A DNA stretch of 64,000 bases from Eledone cirrhosa (GCA_964016885.1 OZ024747.1:42284001-42348000); one strand, 5' to 3'; positions 31,670 to 46,930 are shown, counted from the stretch's first letter. Translations and numbers: made by a program. The notes: generated from the letters alone by a model not told the origin.

Positions 31670-31670
<1 letters not shown>
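31013..31670 (+). mobile_element. Non-autonomous Helitron-like element (empty-site copy)
   Basis: A/TC 5' end, 3' imperfect hairpin + CTAG/T; colinear with 17650-18721 minus the 18131-18530 insert. Confidence 0.7.
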
Positions 31671-31743
<73 letters not shown>

Positions 31744-31761
31744 GTATATATATATATATAG

Positions 31762-32491
31762 ATATATTAAATGCATAAATTGAGTTAGGAACTCAAAATA
31801 GTCTCTTACAACCAAATAGCTCTAAGAAAGAGATATTTCTGAGCCGTATATTATAATAGAATATAAAAGAAAAGCGAACACAGATATATAGATATATGTG
31901 TTCAAATCGTAAGGGAGATGATTCGCTAAGGTAAAAAGAATACTAACTATAGACAATTGGGTTCGCTTGTCTCAATTTAAGAAAAAATTAAGAAAATAAA
32001 TACAAACCGGAATTGTGGTAACTACCAATCACCCAGACAACTTGTTGTTGTTTCGCAAAGTTAATTGTGAATAGAAATACTAATCCAAGCTCATCAGTGG
32101 GTGATAAATTAGTATCCTTGACACATCTATGTATGCTATATATAAAAAATAAAACAGCGCACATGGCATCCTAGCGAGTCTCACAAACCCACACCACCAA
32201 AAATAGCAGCCAGGTTTACTCGACATTTGAAATACCTCAACAAATTAATGGAGCCGAATATATTAAATGTATAAATTGAGTTAGGAACTCAAAATAGTCT
32301 CTTACAACAAAATAGCTCTAAGAAAGAGATATATCCAAGCTCATCAGTGGATGATAAATTAGTATCCTAGACACATCTATGTATGTTATATATAAAAAAT
32401 AAAACACCGCACATGGCATCCTAGCGAGTCTCACAAACCCACCCCACCAAAAATAGCAGCCAGGTTTACTCGACATTTGAAATAGCTCAAC

Positions 32492-32496
<5 letters not shown>
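31762..32496 (-). mobile_element. Tandem duplicated terminal-repeat-like unit with canonical hammerhead (32028-32105)
   Basis: Minus: ATCACCCA CTGATGA GC..GC GAAA CAAC aacaa GTTG TC/ TGGGTGAT (8-bp stem I, GUC). Second unit (32260-32496) lacks the ~250 bp holding the GAAA half. Confidence 0.8.
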
Positions 32497-32580
<84 letters not shown>

Positions 32581-32614
32581 GTATATATATATAAATGTAT
32601 ATATATATAAATGT

Positions 32615-33140
32615 ATAATTATAATAAAATAACAGGAGGCTGGACTTGTGTAAATCCTTGAAAGGTTTATTATACTATGATCATTTCAATGACCGGGTTC
32701 CGTCTGAATCCGGTGATATCATCGGGTATTCGAAATATAATAAATGAATGTAACAGATAAAATCCATGGGGCTGAAAATCATAGACCCGAGGACGACCGA
32801 CTATCTAGCATCTTCCACTTTAGCCGGTCGCCCTCAAGATTTTCAGCCCCATGGATTTTATCTGTTACATTCATTTATTATATTTCGAATACCTGATGAT
32901 ATCACTGGATTCATACGGAACCCGGTCATTGAAATGATCATAGTATAATAAACATTTCAAGGATTTACACAAGTCCAGTCTCCTGTTATTTTATTATAAT
33001 ATTTAACTCCGTACTCGCACCACCAACTACACAAACGAAGACGGTTGAGCTGCTTTACGTTGAGTACTCTCCATATTATTACATCAAGATTGACCATACG
33101 GAATGACCAGCTCTATCCAGTGGTGAACCTTCAAACCTAA
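32615..33140 (+). mobile_element. Fold-back hammerhead element, family D (arms ~32615-32780 / 32838-33000, tail to 33140; HHR 32889-32946)
   Basis: ATAC CTGATGA..GAAAT gatc ATA/ GTAT; tail actccg...ttgagtact; flanked by (TA)n. Confidence 0.8.
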
Positions 33141-33148
33141 ATATATAA

Positions 33149-33221
<73 letters not shown>

Positions 33222-33223
<2 letters not shown>

Positions 33224-33335
33224 GAGGAGATGACGAAGGACCGTGACAAGTGGAGAGATGCTGAATAGAACCCGTCCAACCCTTGCAAGCAGGGAAAAGC
33301 GGACGTAAAATGATGATGATGATGATGATGATGAT
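33222..33335 (+). mobile_element. 3' tip of a LINE/SINE with (ATG)n tail
   Basis: [11 protein letters not shown]-like coding end, then aaaagcggacgtaaa(atg)n. Confidence 0.5.
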
Positions 33336-33369
33336 ATATATAGCCTCTAATATGATGATGATGATATAT

Positions 33370-35909
33370 ATAGCCCCTAACTACACTGTCAAGGAGCAGC
33401 CTGGTCGTTATGACTCTGCTGGCTTAGAGCCACAGGGAGGGCCAATGGATGATGGATCAGCTGTCTCTGTAACAAATATAAAGAATGCAGTTTTGTCCTG
33501 CAGAAGAGCCATTAAAATGGGCACTCTGAATGTGAGGACTGTTCGGACGCTAGAGAAGAAAGAGGAGTTGGATCATCTGTTGGAGGAGAGTGGTATGCAC
33601 ATGAGGGACTTCAATGCACATCTGAGTAAGGAGAGCAGTGAAGATCCTTGCTGGTACTTCCACAACAACACTAACCGAAATGAAAGACTACTGAGAGACA
33701 TCCTGCTGGAGGCGAACTTGATGGCAACCAACCTAAGGTTTAGGAAGAATCCGAGGAAGATGTGGACCTACATCTCTGATATGCACCTGTCCAAGTCCCA
33801 GATTGATTTAATTCTGGTGAGGAAAAGGTGGCGGAATAGTGTTCTGAACATAGAACCATACAACTATTTCAGTACACTGTGCAATGACCACTGGCTTGTT
33901 ATGAGTGAGGTCTGGGTGAGCTTAAGAAAGAGCAAGTCTCAGCCCCGAAGAGCAATCTATGACTGGGGAGCTTTCAAGGAAGATGATAAGCTACATGTGA
34001 GGTTCACAGTAGAAGTGAGGAACAGGTACAGTGCTCTGTGTGGAGAGGCAGAGGAGAGAGAGATTGGAGGGATTGAGGAAAGTGTGACGAGGAGGTACAG
34101 GTACTTCACCAATGCAGTGGCAGAAGCAAGTGAGACCCTTGTTCCGAGGAGAGAGAAGACGAAGCACGTCAGCTCTGCAGACCCAAAAGTGTGTGCAGCC
34201 AGAGAACATCTGAAAGCTGCCAAGGACCAATGCTGATTCTACGGAGGAGAGGAAGGAGAATATGGAGGTGATTAAGGAAGAACTCTGTACCGCTTACACT
34301 GAGGCTAGAGAGGCGACGCTGATAGATATCAGAAGTGTGGAGAGTGTAGTTGACAGGTCTGGGTGTAAAGAGAGCTGGATGATCATCAACAAGATCACAA
34401 GGAGGAAGAGAGGGAGTCCGAGTCAGATCCAGGGAACAGGGCCCGAGGATAGGAAGAGGAAATAGCTGGACCATTTTAGGACCCTACTAGGAGAGCTACC
34501 CTCCCCAACACTGGGGAGATCAGGAGGCTGTTTGAGGAACTGGATATTGAGACAGGACCCTTCACCAGAGAGCAGCTTCAGAGAGCTAAGAAGAAGATCA
34601 AGGAGGGCAGGGCTCATGGAGAAGATGGTGTGGTATCAGAGGTGATGAAGAGGTGTGATTTTGATGATATCATCCTGGGGTTCTGTAACCAGGCACTGCA
34701 GGGGGATCTCACTGACGTCACTTGTGGCAAAGACCCTAAACAGGATGATTCTTAACAGGATCCTGCCCGAGATGTAGAAGAATCTCAAGGACAACCAGAA
34801 CGGCTTCAGAGAGGGAAGATCAACCACCAGTCACATCCTAATGCTGAGGAGGATATTAGAGGGAGCTAGAGGAAAGTGCCTTCCTGCAGTCATGGTTTTC
34901 ATTGACTTTAGGAAGGCCTTTGACTCTGTGGACGGTCATGCCTAATGAAGATCTTACAGGCTTATGGAATCCCCAAGAAGATAGTGGACCTGATATCACT
35001 GCTCTACACCAAGACCAAAGCCCAAGTCATTACACCTGATGGGTTTACGGAGTTCTTTGAGATACTGGCTGGAGTGTTCCAGGTAGATACATTGGCTCCC
35101 TACCTTTTTATCATCGCAGTGGACTATTGTTTGCACCTTGCGCTGGAGAAACACCAGGACTCTGCCTTTACTGTAGCACCGGCTCAGAGCAGGAGAGTTA
35201 AGGCGCAAAAAAATATCGGATGCTGAATTTGCCGACGACATAGTTCTGGTGACAGATACAGTAAAGGAAGCAGAGGATTTGATGCAGGAGATGGAGACTG
35301 TGTCGATGAGTGTGGGGCTGAGAATGAATGAGATTAAGACGAAGTATCTGGTAGAGAATAGTAGCAAGCCAGAGAAGATTGCTAATGTAGGTGGGAAGCC
35401 GCTAGAATTGGTTGAGGACTTCCTGTATCTGGAAGCAAAGATTGGGAATACAGAAGATGATGTGGTCGAGTGGAAGAGCAAAGCCTGGGCGGCGTGCCAC
35501 AGTTCGAGATCAGTGTGGAAGTCGGACCTTCGTGAAGACCTGAAGATCCGTCTCTTCGTTGCTGTAGTGGAGAATGCTGAGGATGGCTTTGAACATTAAT
35601 CAGTATACACTGAGGATGAAGAACTCATAGCTGTATGGGAGTCTCCAAAAAGTCTGCTCAAAAGTAGCACAGAGGAGGCTGAGGTTAGCTGGACATCCTC
35701 ACTGACATCCAGAGTTGACACTACACTCAGTGCTCCTGTGGGAGCCTCTGTATGAACACACTGAGAGAGGAAAACCAAGGTTGACATATGTTGATGCCCT
35801 GAGGACAGACACTGATCTTTTGGAGACGCAGGACATGGCAGCGATGATGAGGGACAGAGACCGCTGGAGAGAACTCTTCCATGGATCTCGGGAATTTTAC
35901 CCGCCCTAG
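33370..35909 (+). mobile_element. Decayed, internally deleted RTE-like LINE (endonuclease + RT)
   Basis: MGTLNVRT, DFNAH, SQIDLILV, NQNGFREGRSTTSHIL, FIDFRKAFDSV, GVFQVDTLAPYLF, FADDIVL; stops and frameshifts. Confidence 0.9.
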
Positions 35910-35936
35910 ATATCTATCTATATATATATATATCTA

Positions 35937-35971
<35 letters not shown>

Positions 35972-35974
<3 letters not shown>

Positions 35975-36402
35975 TGATAAGAACGAATAAATATTCTAAA
36001 GAGATTATGCAATAGCGACTGCCTAAACACGAGAAAAGAATTCTTCACACGTTGTTCACACGTCTTGAAACACCTCTTACGTAACTACAAAGCTACAGAT
36101 TGAATTACAACATCCTAATTTTCTTATCAACTAGACATTTTTCTAACTTTCGCAGTTATCTCCCTTACACCTCGCACGCATTTTAGTATTGCCTGTGTGA
36201 AGTGATCGTTTCTGCGCATGCGCGTTCGTACAGTTGTCCTTCCTGTTCCGTATAACCATGTCCATTACGAGTTGAGGATCCGCTAAGGTGAAACAATTGT
36301 TCTCGGTATGGTGAACTAACTGTTGTGTAACCCCTTTTACCTAACTCGTCCCATCGACTGAGTACTCTACCACTACGGATATTACCTTCCAGTGTTCTAC
36401 CA

Positions 36403-36403
<1 letters not shown>
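35972..36403 (+). mobile_element. Second copy of the PLE 3' end (endonuclease tail + HHR 36268-36305, C3 to T) with complete tail
   Basis: Aligns to 21180-21540; tail actcgtcccatcgactgagtact; a tail fragment also occurs on minus at 48881-48977. Confidence 0.75.
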
Positions 36404-36445
<42 letters not shown>

Positions 36446-36447
<2 letters not shown>

Positions 36448-36613
36448 AAAAAGTATGACCCCGACGGCAGAGCTCAAGCCGTTTCGACGGCTATTTCTGG
36501 CTTGAGCTCTGCCGTCGGGTTCATACTTTCTCCTATTACCCACTCTACTACTCTAAGTATTGAGTACTCTGGTGCGTTATGGTCCATTTGGTTCCTTACC
36601 ACACCTCCTCCGT

Positions 36614-36614
<1 letters not shown>
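36446..36614 (+). mobile_element. Family H fold-back mini-element (also 49568-49733, 50251-50436, 55277-55468, 57198-57298)
   Basis: Arms contain the 3' half of a hammerhead (GTC GAAA CGGCT tgagctc AGCCG TC/ GGGG); common tail cactctactaccctaagtattgagtact; all in (TA)n. Confidence 0.75.
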
Positions 36615-36646
<32 letters not shown>

Positions 36647-36650
<4 letters not shown>

Positions 36651-37254
36651 CAGGTCACCAGTTGGTGCTACTGGTAACATGTATCCCAGTACAACCTGTC
36701 TCTTGGTCGGGTCGTTGGTGACTAAACTGGCAACCCCACCAAGGTTTCTTGGTGAGGAGGGTGACTTTGGACATCTTGCAGGACTAAAAACAAAACCTGT
36801 CAAAGGGCAAAGGAGCTCGTAAGAGTCAATGGCCATCCAAAATCACCGGGAGAGATGACCCCTTAGCCTTTGTCAAGGCAGAATTCTAGGAGAAGGAAAA
36901 CTCTGATATAACACCTGCAACCCTGATGGTATCCAATGATGTTGACTTGTTCTTCTTTTTGGTAAATATCATCTTGGTTAAGAGAGTGGGACTGGCTTTA
37001 TGCAGTGCCTTTGCTCACTATAAAAGCTTCACGGCACAGGCATTGCTTTATATCTGGAGATCTCTCTGCACTTGTCGTCACATGGTACCATGGGCCCAGC
37101 ACTATGTGTCAATAATTGTCACAAGTCTAGTGTTTGTACCAGAGTTTTCAAGTCGCTGGGTGGACTAAAAAGTCACACTCGTTCAGCGCATCGGTAGGGG
37201 TTCTCCTACATGGATATAAAGTAGTGGCCGTACTCGAAAACGAGTTGGCAGCCA

Positions 37255-37256
<2 letters not shown>
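36647..37256 (+). mobile_element. Non-autonomous RTE-related element, copy 2
   Basis: Near-identical to 12017-12622. Confidence 0.7.
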
Positions 37257-37305
<49 letters not shown>

Positions 37306-37306
37306 A

Positions 37307-37368
<62 letters not shown>

Positions 37369-37528
37369 AAAGAACAGGCTCGTTATATTGAAAAATTCAT
37401 CATTTTACCATCGTTTCTGGGATGTATATGTGTTGGTATGTACATCATGTTAAAGATCTATGTAAAAAAAATATTACAAATTATCGGAGGAGATATACAT
37501 ACCTTCACCTATACATGCCATCTTCATT

Positions 37529-37615
<87 letters not shown>

Positions 37616-37808
37616 TACATATGTATAAATGTATATATTAAAGGATCGATCGACTTTCGTCTAATCGGACCGAGGAAACAGTGTTTCCGTTGGTCTTTCC
37701 AGTTGCTAGTACTATCTATCGGTCGCAACTCCAGGTAGAAGGAGCAACGTGAAATAAAGTGTCTTGCTCAAGGACATAACGCATCGCCCGGTCCAGGAAT
37801 CGAACTCA

Positions 37809-37854
<46 letters not shown>

Positions 37855-38107
37855 GTGAGGTTTTTTAGAAAATGAAAAAAAAAAACCAGGTGTCCTACAC
37901 GATTGAAAGTATAAGTAAAAAAGATGAAATCGAAAATGCAAATGGAGTCTTTTTTTATAAAAAAATATATATTTATTTGGTTCCTTTACCTGTTTCGCAG
38001 TTCTTCTTTTGAAAAGCAAAAGAACTGCGAAACCGGTAAAGGAACCAAATAAATATATATTTTTATAAAAAAAGACTCCAGTTGCATTTTCGATTTCATC
38101 TTTTTTC

Positions 38108-38159
<52 letters not shown>

Positions 38160-38163
<4 letters not shown>

Positions 38164-38544
38164 GTAAAAGTTATATTTAATTTGTTGGGATACAACAAGC
38201 AAATATTTTTATAACTGATATAAATCCCTCAACAAATTTTGGAGCAAAAATACAACATATTAATAAATGGAAAGTATATTTATAAAACCATATTTATTTC
38301 ATTATACATATTTCAAGGACACCAAAGCAAATTATGGTGCGCTTTCATCAGATAAAATATAATATCCCGGAGCTTCCAACATACATGGTCGCATTCTTTT
38401 AAGGGTATGTCAATATTTGTTTATAAAACGGATCTATATTATATTTTATCTGATGAAAGCGCACCATAATTTGCTTTGGTGTCCTTGAAATATGTATAAT
38501 GAAATAAATATGGTTTTATAAATATAGTTTCCATTTATTAATAT

Positions 38545-38550
<6 letters not shown>
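38160..38550 (-). mobile_element. Family F fold-back element with two intact hammerheads (38295-38359 minus; 38442-38506 plus)
   Basis: Inverted arms 38251-38364 / 38437-38550; tail on the left; homologous to 9128-9575. Confidence 0.8.
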
Positions 38551-38609
<59 letters not shown>

Positions 38610-38932
38610 GTATATATATATATATATTTTAAAGAATTTCCCTTTTCTTTAAATCCATCAACCATGACCGACCCCCAACGATCTTATAGACACCTGAAAT
38701 ATAGGCATTGTTAGCTTAAGAGAAACTTAAAAATAAGGAGTGGCACCCCATTCTGAACTTGTTTATAGAATTCTTTCTGCCTATGTCACTCTAAATATAA
38801 ATTATAGCTTTAAAGAATTAACTTTTAATGAATTCCCTTTTCTATCAATCAATGACCTCTACCAATCCCACTCCCCACCCTCTCCTATCACCTGAAAAGA
38901 GCTATAAATACCACATTTATTTTTGGATAGCC

Positions 38933-38983
38933 AGATTCCTGATGATTTCTAAAGAATGAAACAGTTCTAGTCCTGTAGAATCT
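38933..38983 (+). ncRNA. Hammerhead ribozyme, family A (in element ~38630-39068)
   Basis: AGATTC CTGATGA tTTC taaa GAAt GAAA CAG ttctagtc CTG TA/ GAATCT; tail actctgctatgtattgagtacc. Confidence 0.75.
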
Positions 38984-39372
38984 CATCTATATTAAAACTT
39001 TTATACTCTGCTATGTATTGAGTACCTTACTTACTGTGGTTACCTCCGATTCAACCCGGAATAACGTATATATATATATACTGAAAGTTTTCGTGAAATA
39101 GTCTTTTCAAGACTATACAGAGCATTTGTAGTTGTCCCAAATTGAAGGATGAGTATTTTAAACTTTATTTTATCATGAGGTAAGGCTCTATTGATTTTTC
39201 CCTCGATTTCACTAAATTCTGTTGGATAAATCTATATCCTGATTCTTTTTGAATTGAGTTTGAATTATTTTTCCCACATCTTACGTTAACTATTTTCCCA
39301 TTTTGACGCTATAGTCACTTATATATTATGGAATACTGTTGGCTTCTTGCTACAATACTTTCTATACCTTTC

Positions 39373-39417
<45 letters not shown>

Positions 39418-39423
<6 letters not shown>

Positions 39424-39970
39424 AAAAGAGAAAACAGGTAAGCATTAAAAAAAGGATTTTTTTAATGCTTACCTGTTTTCTCTTTTATTCTTTATACTCC
39501 AAGATTGAACGTGATTTAATAACCAGATTCTTTCAAACTTGTGGAGTTGCCCTTAACCGTACGTTGGAAACTGTCCAAGAAACTGGCTATCTTAACCACG
39601 AACTGGATTACAATAAGTAATTTTCTGCTTCCCTATATATATATATATATACGAGGTAACAAATAATAGTTAAATGCAGTCCACTTAGGTATAGTCCAGT
39701 TATGGTATTCCAGGTAGTGGATGATATCAACGCTTGGCTTGGTTTGACTCAACAAGGCGTTTTCATAGTGATGCTGCGGGTATGCTGTAATTCCTATGCT
39801 GTAAACACTTGGAGTAATAATAACTGACTGGTTATAATTTTGTATTGGCGATCGAGTAACGTGAAAACAAGCGAATAGCGATCTCTAGACTTACCAGTTC
39901 AGAGAAACAATTGTCAGCTATGAGATTAAAAACCTTTTTTGTATAGCAAACCAAGTCAACCTTCTTTCCT
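39418..39970. mobile_element. Two further fold-back/tail mini-elements (39418-39633; 39651-39972 with half hammerhead GAAACAATTGTC)
   Basis: 33-bp hairpin gaataaaagagaaaacaggtaagcattaaaaaa / reverse complement, then actcc tail; second island has ggagt tail on minus and GAAAC aatt GTC at ~39904-39915. Confidence 0.5.
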
Positions 39971-39971
39971 G

Positions 39972-40144
<173 letters not shown>

Positions 40145-40217
40145 CATTTATATATATATATATACATTTATATATATATATATACATATATATATAAATG
40201 TATATATATATTTATAT

Positions 40218-40250
<33 letters not shown>

Positions 40251-40294
40251 CATTTATATATATATGTATACATATATATATAAATGTATATATA

Positions 40295-40415
<121 letters not shown>

Positions 40416-40520
40416 TAAAATATATTTTAATAAATATTTGCTCTACGGTTTTTATATATTTGATATATATTTATCCTTATCGAGCCCTCTTTGGATTTTA
40501 GTCTTCAAATTTATTATTAT

Positions 40521-40569
<49 letters not shown>

Positions 40570-41167
40570 TTTATTATGGCTATTGGTGTGCTTTGTTACT
40601 CTAAAGTTTCACCGGCGCCAGTCTTATCTGATCCTCTAAGTACGCAGGTGAAACTCCAGGGTAACAAGGCTCATCACCTAGCCATAATAAATGAATATTT
40701 AAACTCTAATTCGGTATTGAGGTTTCATTCTTACGTCCGTCAATAATTCACGTAATCTCAGGTGTTCAATAATCGCCCCGCCTCCCACTTATTCAATTTT
40801 GCTAATCTATTTCCGGCGAAATCGTATTGTAAGTGATTCATACTGATACAGCAGTCGGAAAATCTAATAATTATTTTATTTTACATTAAAAAAAACAATA
40901 TGTATGATAAAAAAAAGAACATTACCAGAAATCCCATATTTAGTAACGTACATTATACAATTACCGATTTCCCTAGGCCCTTCCCCTTATTCCCTCCCTC
41001 CGAGAGTACCACCAAATTCTCCTCGTCTCTATGTCTATCACACAAATCTCTCTTTTAATCCTCCTCTCTGTATCTACTAAAACCATACTCTACCCCCTCT
41101 CTATATCTACTACATGGAACTCTCTTCTTATCCCCCTCTCTATATAAAGTAACACCAAACTCTCCAC

Positions 41168-43620
41168 CTCTCTATATCTACCATACAACACTCTCTCTTA
41201 TCCCCTCTCACTCAATCTAATATACACTTACAACCAACCTATCCCCCTCTCTATATCTACTATACAACACTCTCTCATCCCCTCTCACTCAATCTAATAT
41301 ACAATTACCACCGACCTATCCCCCTCTCTATATCTACTATACCACACTCTCACATCCCCTCTCACTCAATCTAATATACAATTACCACCAACCTATCCCC
41401 CTCTCTATATCTACTATACTACACTCTCTCATCCCCTCTCACTCAATCTAATATACAATTACCACCGACCTATCCCCCTCTCTATATCTACTATACAACA
41501 CTCTCACATCCCCTCTCACTCAATCTAATATACAATTACCACCGACCTATCCCCCTCTCTATATCTACTATACAACACTCTCACATCCCCTCTCACTCAA
41601 TCTAATATACAATTACCACCAACCTATCCCCCTCTCTATATCTACTATACAACACTCTCACATCCCCTCTCACTCAATCTAATATACAATTACCACCGAC
41701 CTATCCCCCTCTCTATATCTACTACACAACACTCTCTCTTATCCCCTCTCACTCAATCTAATATACAATTACCACCGACCTATCCCCCTCTCTATATCTA
41801 CTATACAACACTCTCTCTTATCCCCTCTCACTCAATCTAATATACAATTACCACCAACCTATCCCCCTCTCTATATCTACTATACAACACTCTCACATCC
41901 CCTCTCACTCAATCTAATATACAATTACCACCGACCTATCCCCCTCTCTATATCTACTATACTACACTCTCTCATCCCCCCTCACTCAATCTAATATACA
42001 ATTACCACCGACCTATCCCCCTCTCTATATCTACTATACTACACTCTCTCATCCCCTCTCACTCAATCTAATATACAATTACCACCGACCTATCCCCCTC
42101 TCTATATCTACTATACAACACTCTCTCTTATCCCCTCTCACTCAATCTAATATACAATTACCACCAACCTATCCCCCTCTCTATATCTACTATACTACAC
42201 TCTCTCTTATCCCCTCTCAATCAATCTAATATACAATTACCACCGACCTATCCCCCTCTCTATATCTACTATACAACACTCTCTCTTATCCCCTCTCACT
42301 CAATCTAATATACAATTACCACCAACCTATCCCCCTCTCTATATCTACTATACTACACTCTCTCTTATCCCCTCTCAATCAATCTAATATACAATTACCA
42401 CCGACCTATCCCCCTCTCTATATCTACTATACAACACTCTCTCTTATCCCCTCTCACTCAATCTAATAAACAATTACCACCAACCTATCCCCCTCTCTAT
42501 ATCTACTATACAACACTCTCACATCCCCTCTCACTCAATCTAATATACAATTACCACCAACCTATCCCCCTCTCTATATCTACTATACTACACTCTCTCT
42601 TATCCCCTCTCAATCAATCTAATATACAATTACCACCGACCTATCCCCCTCTCTATATCTACTATACAACACTCTCACATCCCCTCTCACTCAATCTAAT
42701 AAACAATTACCACCAACCTATCCCCCTCTCTATATCTACTATACAACACTCTCACATCCCCTCTCACTCAATCTAATAAACAATTACCACCAACCTATCC
42801 CCCTCTCTATATCTACTATACTACACTCTCACATCCCCTCTCACTCAATCTAATAAACAATTACCACCAACCTATCCCCCTCTCTATATCTACTATACAA
42901 CACTCTCACATCCCCTCTCACTCAATCTAATAAACAATTACCACCAACCTATCCCCCTCTCTATATCTACTATACAACACTCTCACATCCCCTCTCACTC
43001 AATCTAATATACAATTACCACCAACCTATCCCCCTCTCTATATCTACTATACAACACTCTCTCTTATCCCCTCTCACTCAATCTAATAAACAATTACCAC
43101 CAACCTATCCCCCTCTCTATATCTACTATACAACACTCTCACATCCCCTCTCACTCAATCTAATAAACAATTACCACCAACCTATCCCCCTCTCTATATC
43201 TACTATACAACACTCTCACATCCCCTCTCACTCAATCTAATATACAATTACCACCGACCTATCCCCCTCTCTATATCTACTATACAACACTCTCACATCC
43301 CCTCTCACTCAATCTAATATACAATTACCACCGACCTATCCCCCTCTCTATATCTACTATACAACACTCTCTCTTATCCCCTCTCACTCAATCTAATAAA
43401 CAATTACCACCAACCTATCCCCCTCTCTATATCTACTATACAACACTCTCACATCCCCTCTCACTCAATCTAATATACAATTACCACCAACCTATCCCCC
43501 TCTCTATATCTACTATACTACACTCTCTCTTATCCCCTCTCAATCAATCTAATATACAATTACCACCGACCTATACCCTCTCTATATCTACCATACAACA
43601 CTCTCATTTCCTCTCACTCT
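41168..43620. repeat. Satellite, 77-79-bp unit, ~31 copies, extreme C/G strand skew
   Basis: Unit atccccctctctatatctactatacaacactctcacatcccctctcactcaatctaatatacaattaccaccgacct; successive starts at 41241 and 41318. Confidence 0.95.
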
Positions 43621-43868
43621 CTATATCACTACCAAACTGCCTCCTCTCTATATCAATTACCACCAATTTCCACCCCTCTTTATATCTATATCCATCTCTC
43701 CTATCTATCACTACTTAACATGTACGTACATAAATTGCAGCGCATATCTGAATAGATGTGTGTTTTGGTAGTTTGAGGAGAACCATATAACTGTTGGAGG
43801 GGGGGGGGGCACGTTTCAACGCCCTTGATGGTGAATAGACTAGTTAGAGCAATAACCGTCTTGATTAC

Positions 43869-44022
<154 letters not shown>

Positions 44023-44148
44023 ATGCAGGTATGGACATAGAATATAAATGCAAATGCAAAAGATATTGTTGACAATGACTTGGCAAGCTATTTAGAACAC
44101 TGGTTTAACCGCTTTACTTCCCTCCGAAGAAGAGATATTATCTCTAAA

Positions 44149-44179
<31 letters not shown>

Positions 44180-44183
<4 letters not shown>

Positions 44184-44400
44184 ATAATAATAAATTTCAA
44201 GACTAAAATCAAAAGAGGGCTCGATAAGGATAAATATATATCAAATATATAAGAACCGTAGAGCAAATATTTATTAAAATAACAGATTAAAGTTTAAGGA
44301 AAGAATCGCTGCTTTCACCCTTAACGTTTCAGAAGATCCCGTTAAGGGTGAAAGCAGCGATTTTTTGCTTAAACTTTAATCTGTTATTTTAATAAATAAA
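44180..44400 (-). mobile_element. Family E fold-back mini-element (related pieces at 18030-18095, 21700-21895, 31435-31500, 40420-40523, 53715-53757)
   Basis: Arms 44268-44326 / 44340-44397; CAGAAGA t CCC gttaa GGG t GAAA hammerhead-like half; tail ctctacgg...atcgagccc on minus. Confidence 0.6.
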
Positions 44401-44748
44401 TAAATATATATATATATATATATATATAAACGTTTGAATATGTATAATAAAGCCAAAACAATGCAGGTATGGACATAGAAAAAAGAATGCAATTGCAAAA
44501 GATATTGTTGACAAATCGTCTTTTACCTTAGATTTATTTAAATGTCCTTAATTTTCGAGATAATATCTCTTCTTCTACCTCATTACACAATGCTTCAAGT
44601 AAACTATAACCTCCTCCATATATATATATATATATATATGTCTGCATAACTAAAACTTTGTAGATAGCAGCTGTTTTCAGGTTATGTAACTGTTATAGAA
44701 ACACGTGTCAATAAATTCCTTTCAACTAAACTGTATCCATTCAAATCT

Positions 44749-44830
<82 letters not shown>

Positions 44831-45353
44831 GGTGGTCCCAAAATCAACATTCTATGCTAAGGCAGAGAGTATATATTGAAAACAAAGTGAGGTTTCACAT
44901 TAAGATCTTTATCCATTATACACATTTACGACCATTTCACAGATGGGTGGCTCAGGATCTACATAAATGCTATAAGCCCTATTACTGCCCGATCTGCTCA
45001 TCAGACTTGTTAATCATGCAAACCTCAAATCTCATCTGACTGCATCCCGTATTAGACGATGTACACACACAACCATATATGGTGCACATCGACCATATAT
45101 GGGTATAGACCAATTACAGTGCACACCAAGAGACACACTACCAACCATGCACACACACACACACATACATACAACAAGCACGCAAGTACGCATACATACA
45201 CGTACACACGTACACACACACACACACATATAAATATATCTATATATATATATAAATATATACACACACGGATACACGTATAAATACACACACACGCATA
45301 TATATAAATATGGCCTCAGCCGTATGGCTGGAACAGGTAAAAGAGTAAAAGAG

Positions 45354-45474
<121 letters not shown>

Positions 45475-45818
45475 CAAATGGAAGTACAGCATAATCGAAG
45501 CTCTGCCTGCAGCTAAGCTAACGAATGCAATCGGAATGTGCAGCTAAGCACTCAATAAGGTATATTACCTTAGAGTAATAACATTACGTTTAGACAGCTT
45601 TGCAAATTGAAGATTGCGACCGATAAGCCAGCCGCAGTGACCAAAGCAACGAGAAAACCGACTCAGGATAATTTGACAAACTTGGACCATCGTGTCGATA
45701 TTAAGCAATATCTCCGCTAGGTTTCTGTGAAATCCGAAATCAACAAAATCCACTTGCGGGGTATTCAAGTTATTGGTTTTGGAAAATCGAACAGAGGTTT
45801 CACTTTCTCAATATATAA

Positions 45819-45860
<42 letters not shown>

Positions 45861-45959
45861 TTAAAACTTAGACGGGAACAAAAACAGAGAGGCAGTACAA
45901 ATAAGAGTTTGTTAGTGTTCACGCTTTTGAGAGTGGGGGGTGGGGTGAGGGGGGGGGGG

Positions 45960-46016
<57 letters not shown>

Positions 46017-46604
46017 TCACACAGATGCACACGCGGGTATATATACACATATCCGTGCACGTTCCAATGCACACACGTGGACTCATTTATGTGGTCGCAC
46101 TAACACGCAGTCACATAGTGTTGCCGGGTGTTGAATGGCAGTGTGGTGGCGGTAGGTACGGGTAGGCGAAGGGGTCTTCTGCTACAATGGCATTCAAGGC
46201 CAGACTGACGACTGCAGCAGTAGCTCCACCGCCGTCCCACCTACGACCACAACAGCAGCAGTCAATCCGTACGGCGACCTAGGTTCGGTGTCGGTGTTCT
46301 CTTAGCTTAGTTTATAGTGGATCAGACCCAAATCACGCCACCTCCATCCAATCAAACATCCCACCAAAACACAGCCACACAAGCAATAGAAGAACAATAA
46401 CCATGATGATAATAATGATTGTTTCTACTTTTGGCACAAGGCCAGCAATTACCCCAGTGCATTTCTGGTACTTTATTTTATCGATCTTATGAAAGCCAAA
46501 GTTAACCTCGGCGGGATTTGAACTCAGAGCGTAAAGGACCATAACTCTATGCTGCAAAGCATGATGTCTGACGCTCTTGATACTGCCATAATGATAATTA
46601 TTTC

Positions 46605-46930
46605 CTTATTATTGGCCACAAGGACCGAATATAGAGTACAATACAAAGACGAGAATAGTGGGGGGTTTACTTAAATCCTTGTGAAAAAATAAATAAAAAC
46701 AATTAACAACAAAATAAATTCCCCAATAGGGAGGATAACCACCCAGGGGCGACTCAGGTACCCCATCAATCCTGAACAACCCGGCGTTTCGTGAACACCC
46801 AGGAGGGGCATCCTTTTCCTCCAACCAGGGCATCCCTTTCTTGCAACTAGCCTACAGGCGCATGCTCAGGGTCGGCCCATTCACACAAGCCATCCTCGCA
46901 ACCCACCAAATGGAGGCGGGGGCAGCACTT
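46605..46930 (-). mobile_element. 3' end of a second Tx1/L1-like family
   Basis: WWVARMACVNGPTLSMRL* parallels WVKVARMARVNGPSLYISL* of 3969-4460, followed by a similar 3'UTR. Confidence 0.6.

Noticed and set aside
41168-43620. Regular repeat array resembling CRISPR (likewise 47580-47920)
   Set aside because: Units are contiguous with no unique spacers, no cas genes, and the context is eukaryotic; these are satellites.
46090-46290. GC-richer island as a coding exon (VFCYNGIQGQTDDC..PPTTTTAA)
   Set aside because: In-frame stop upstream, weak splice signals, no recognisable domain.
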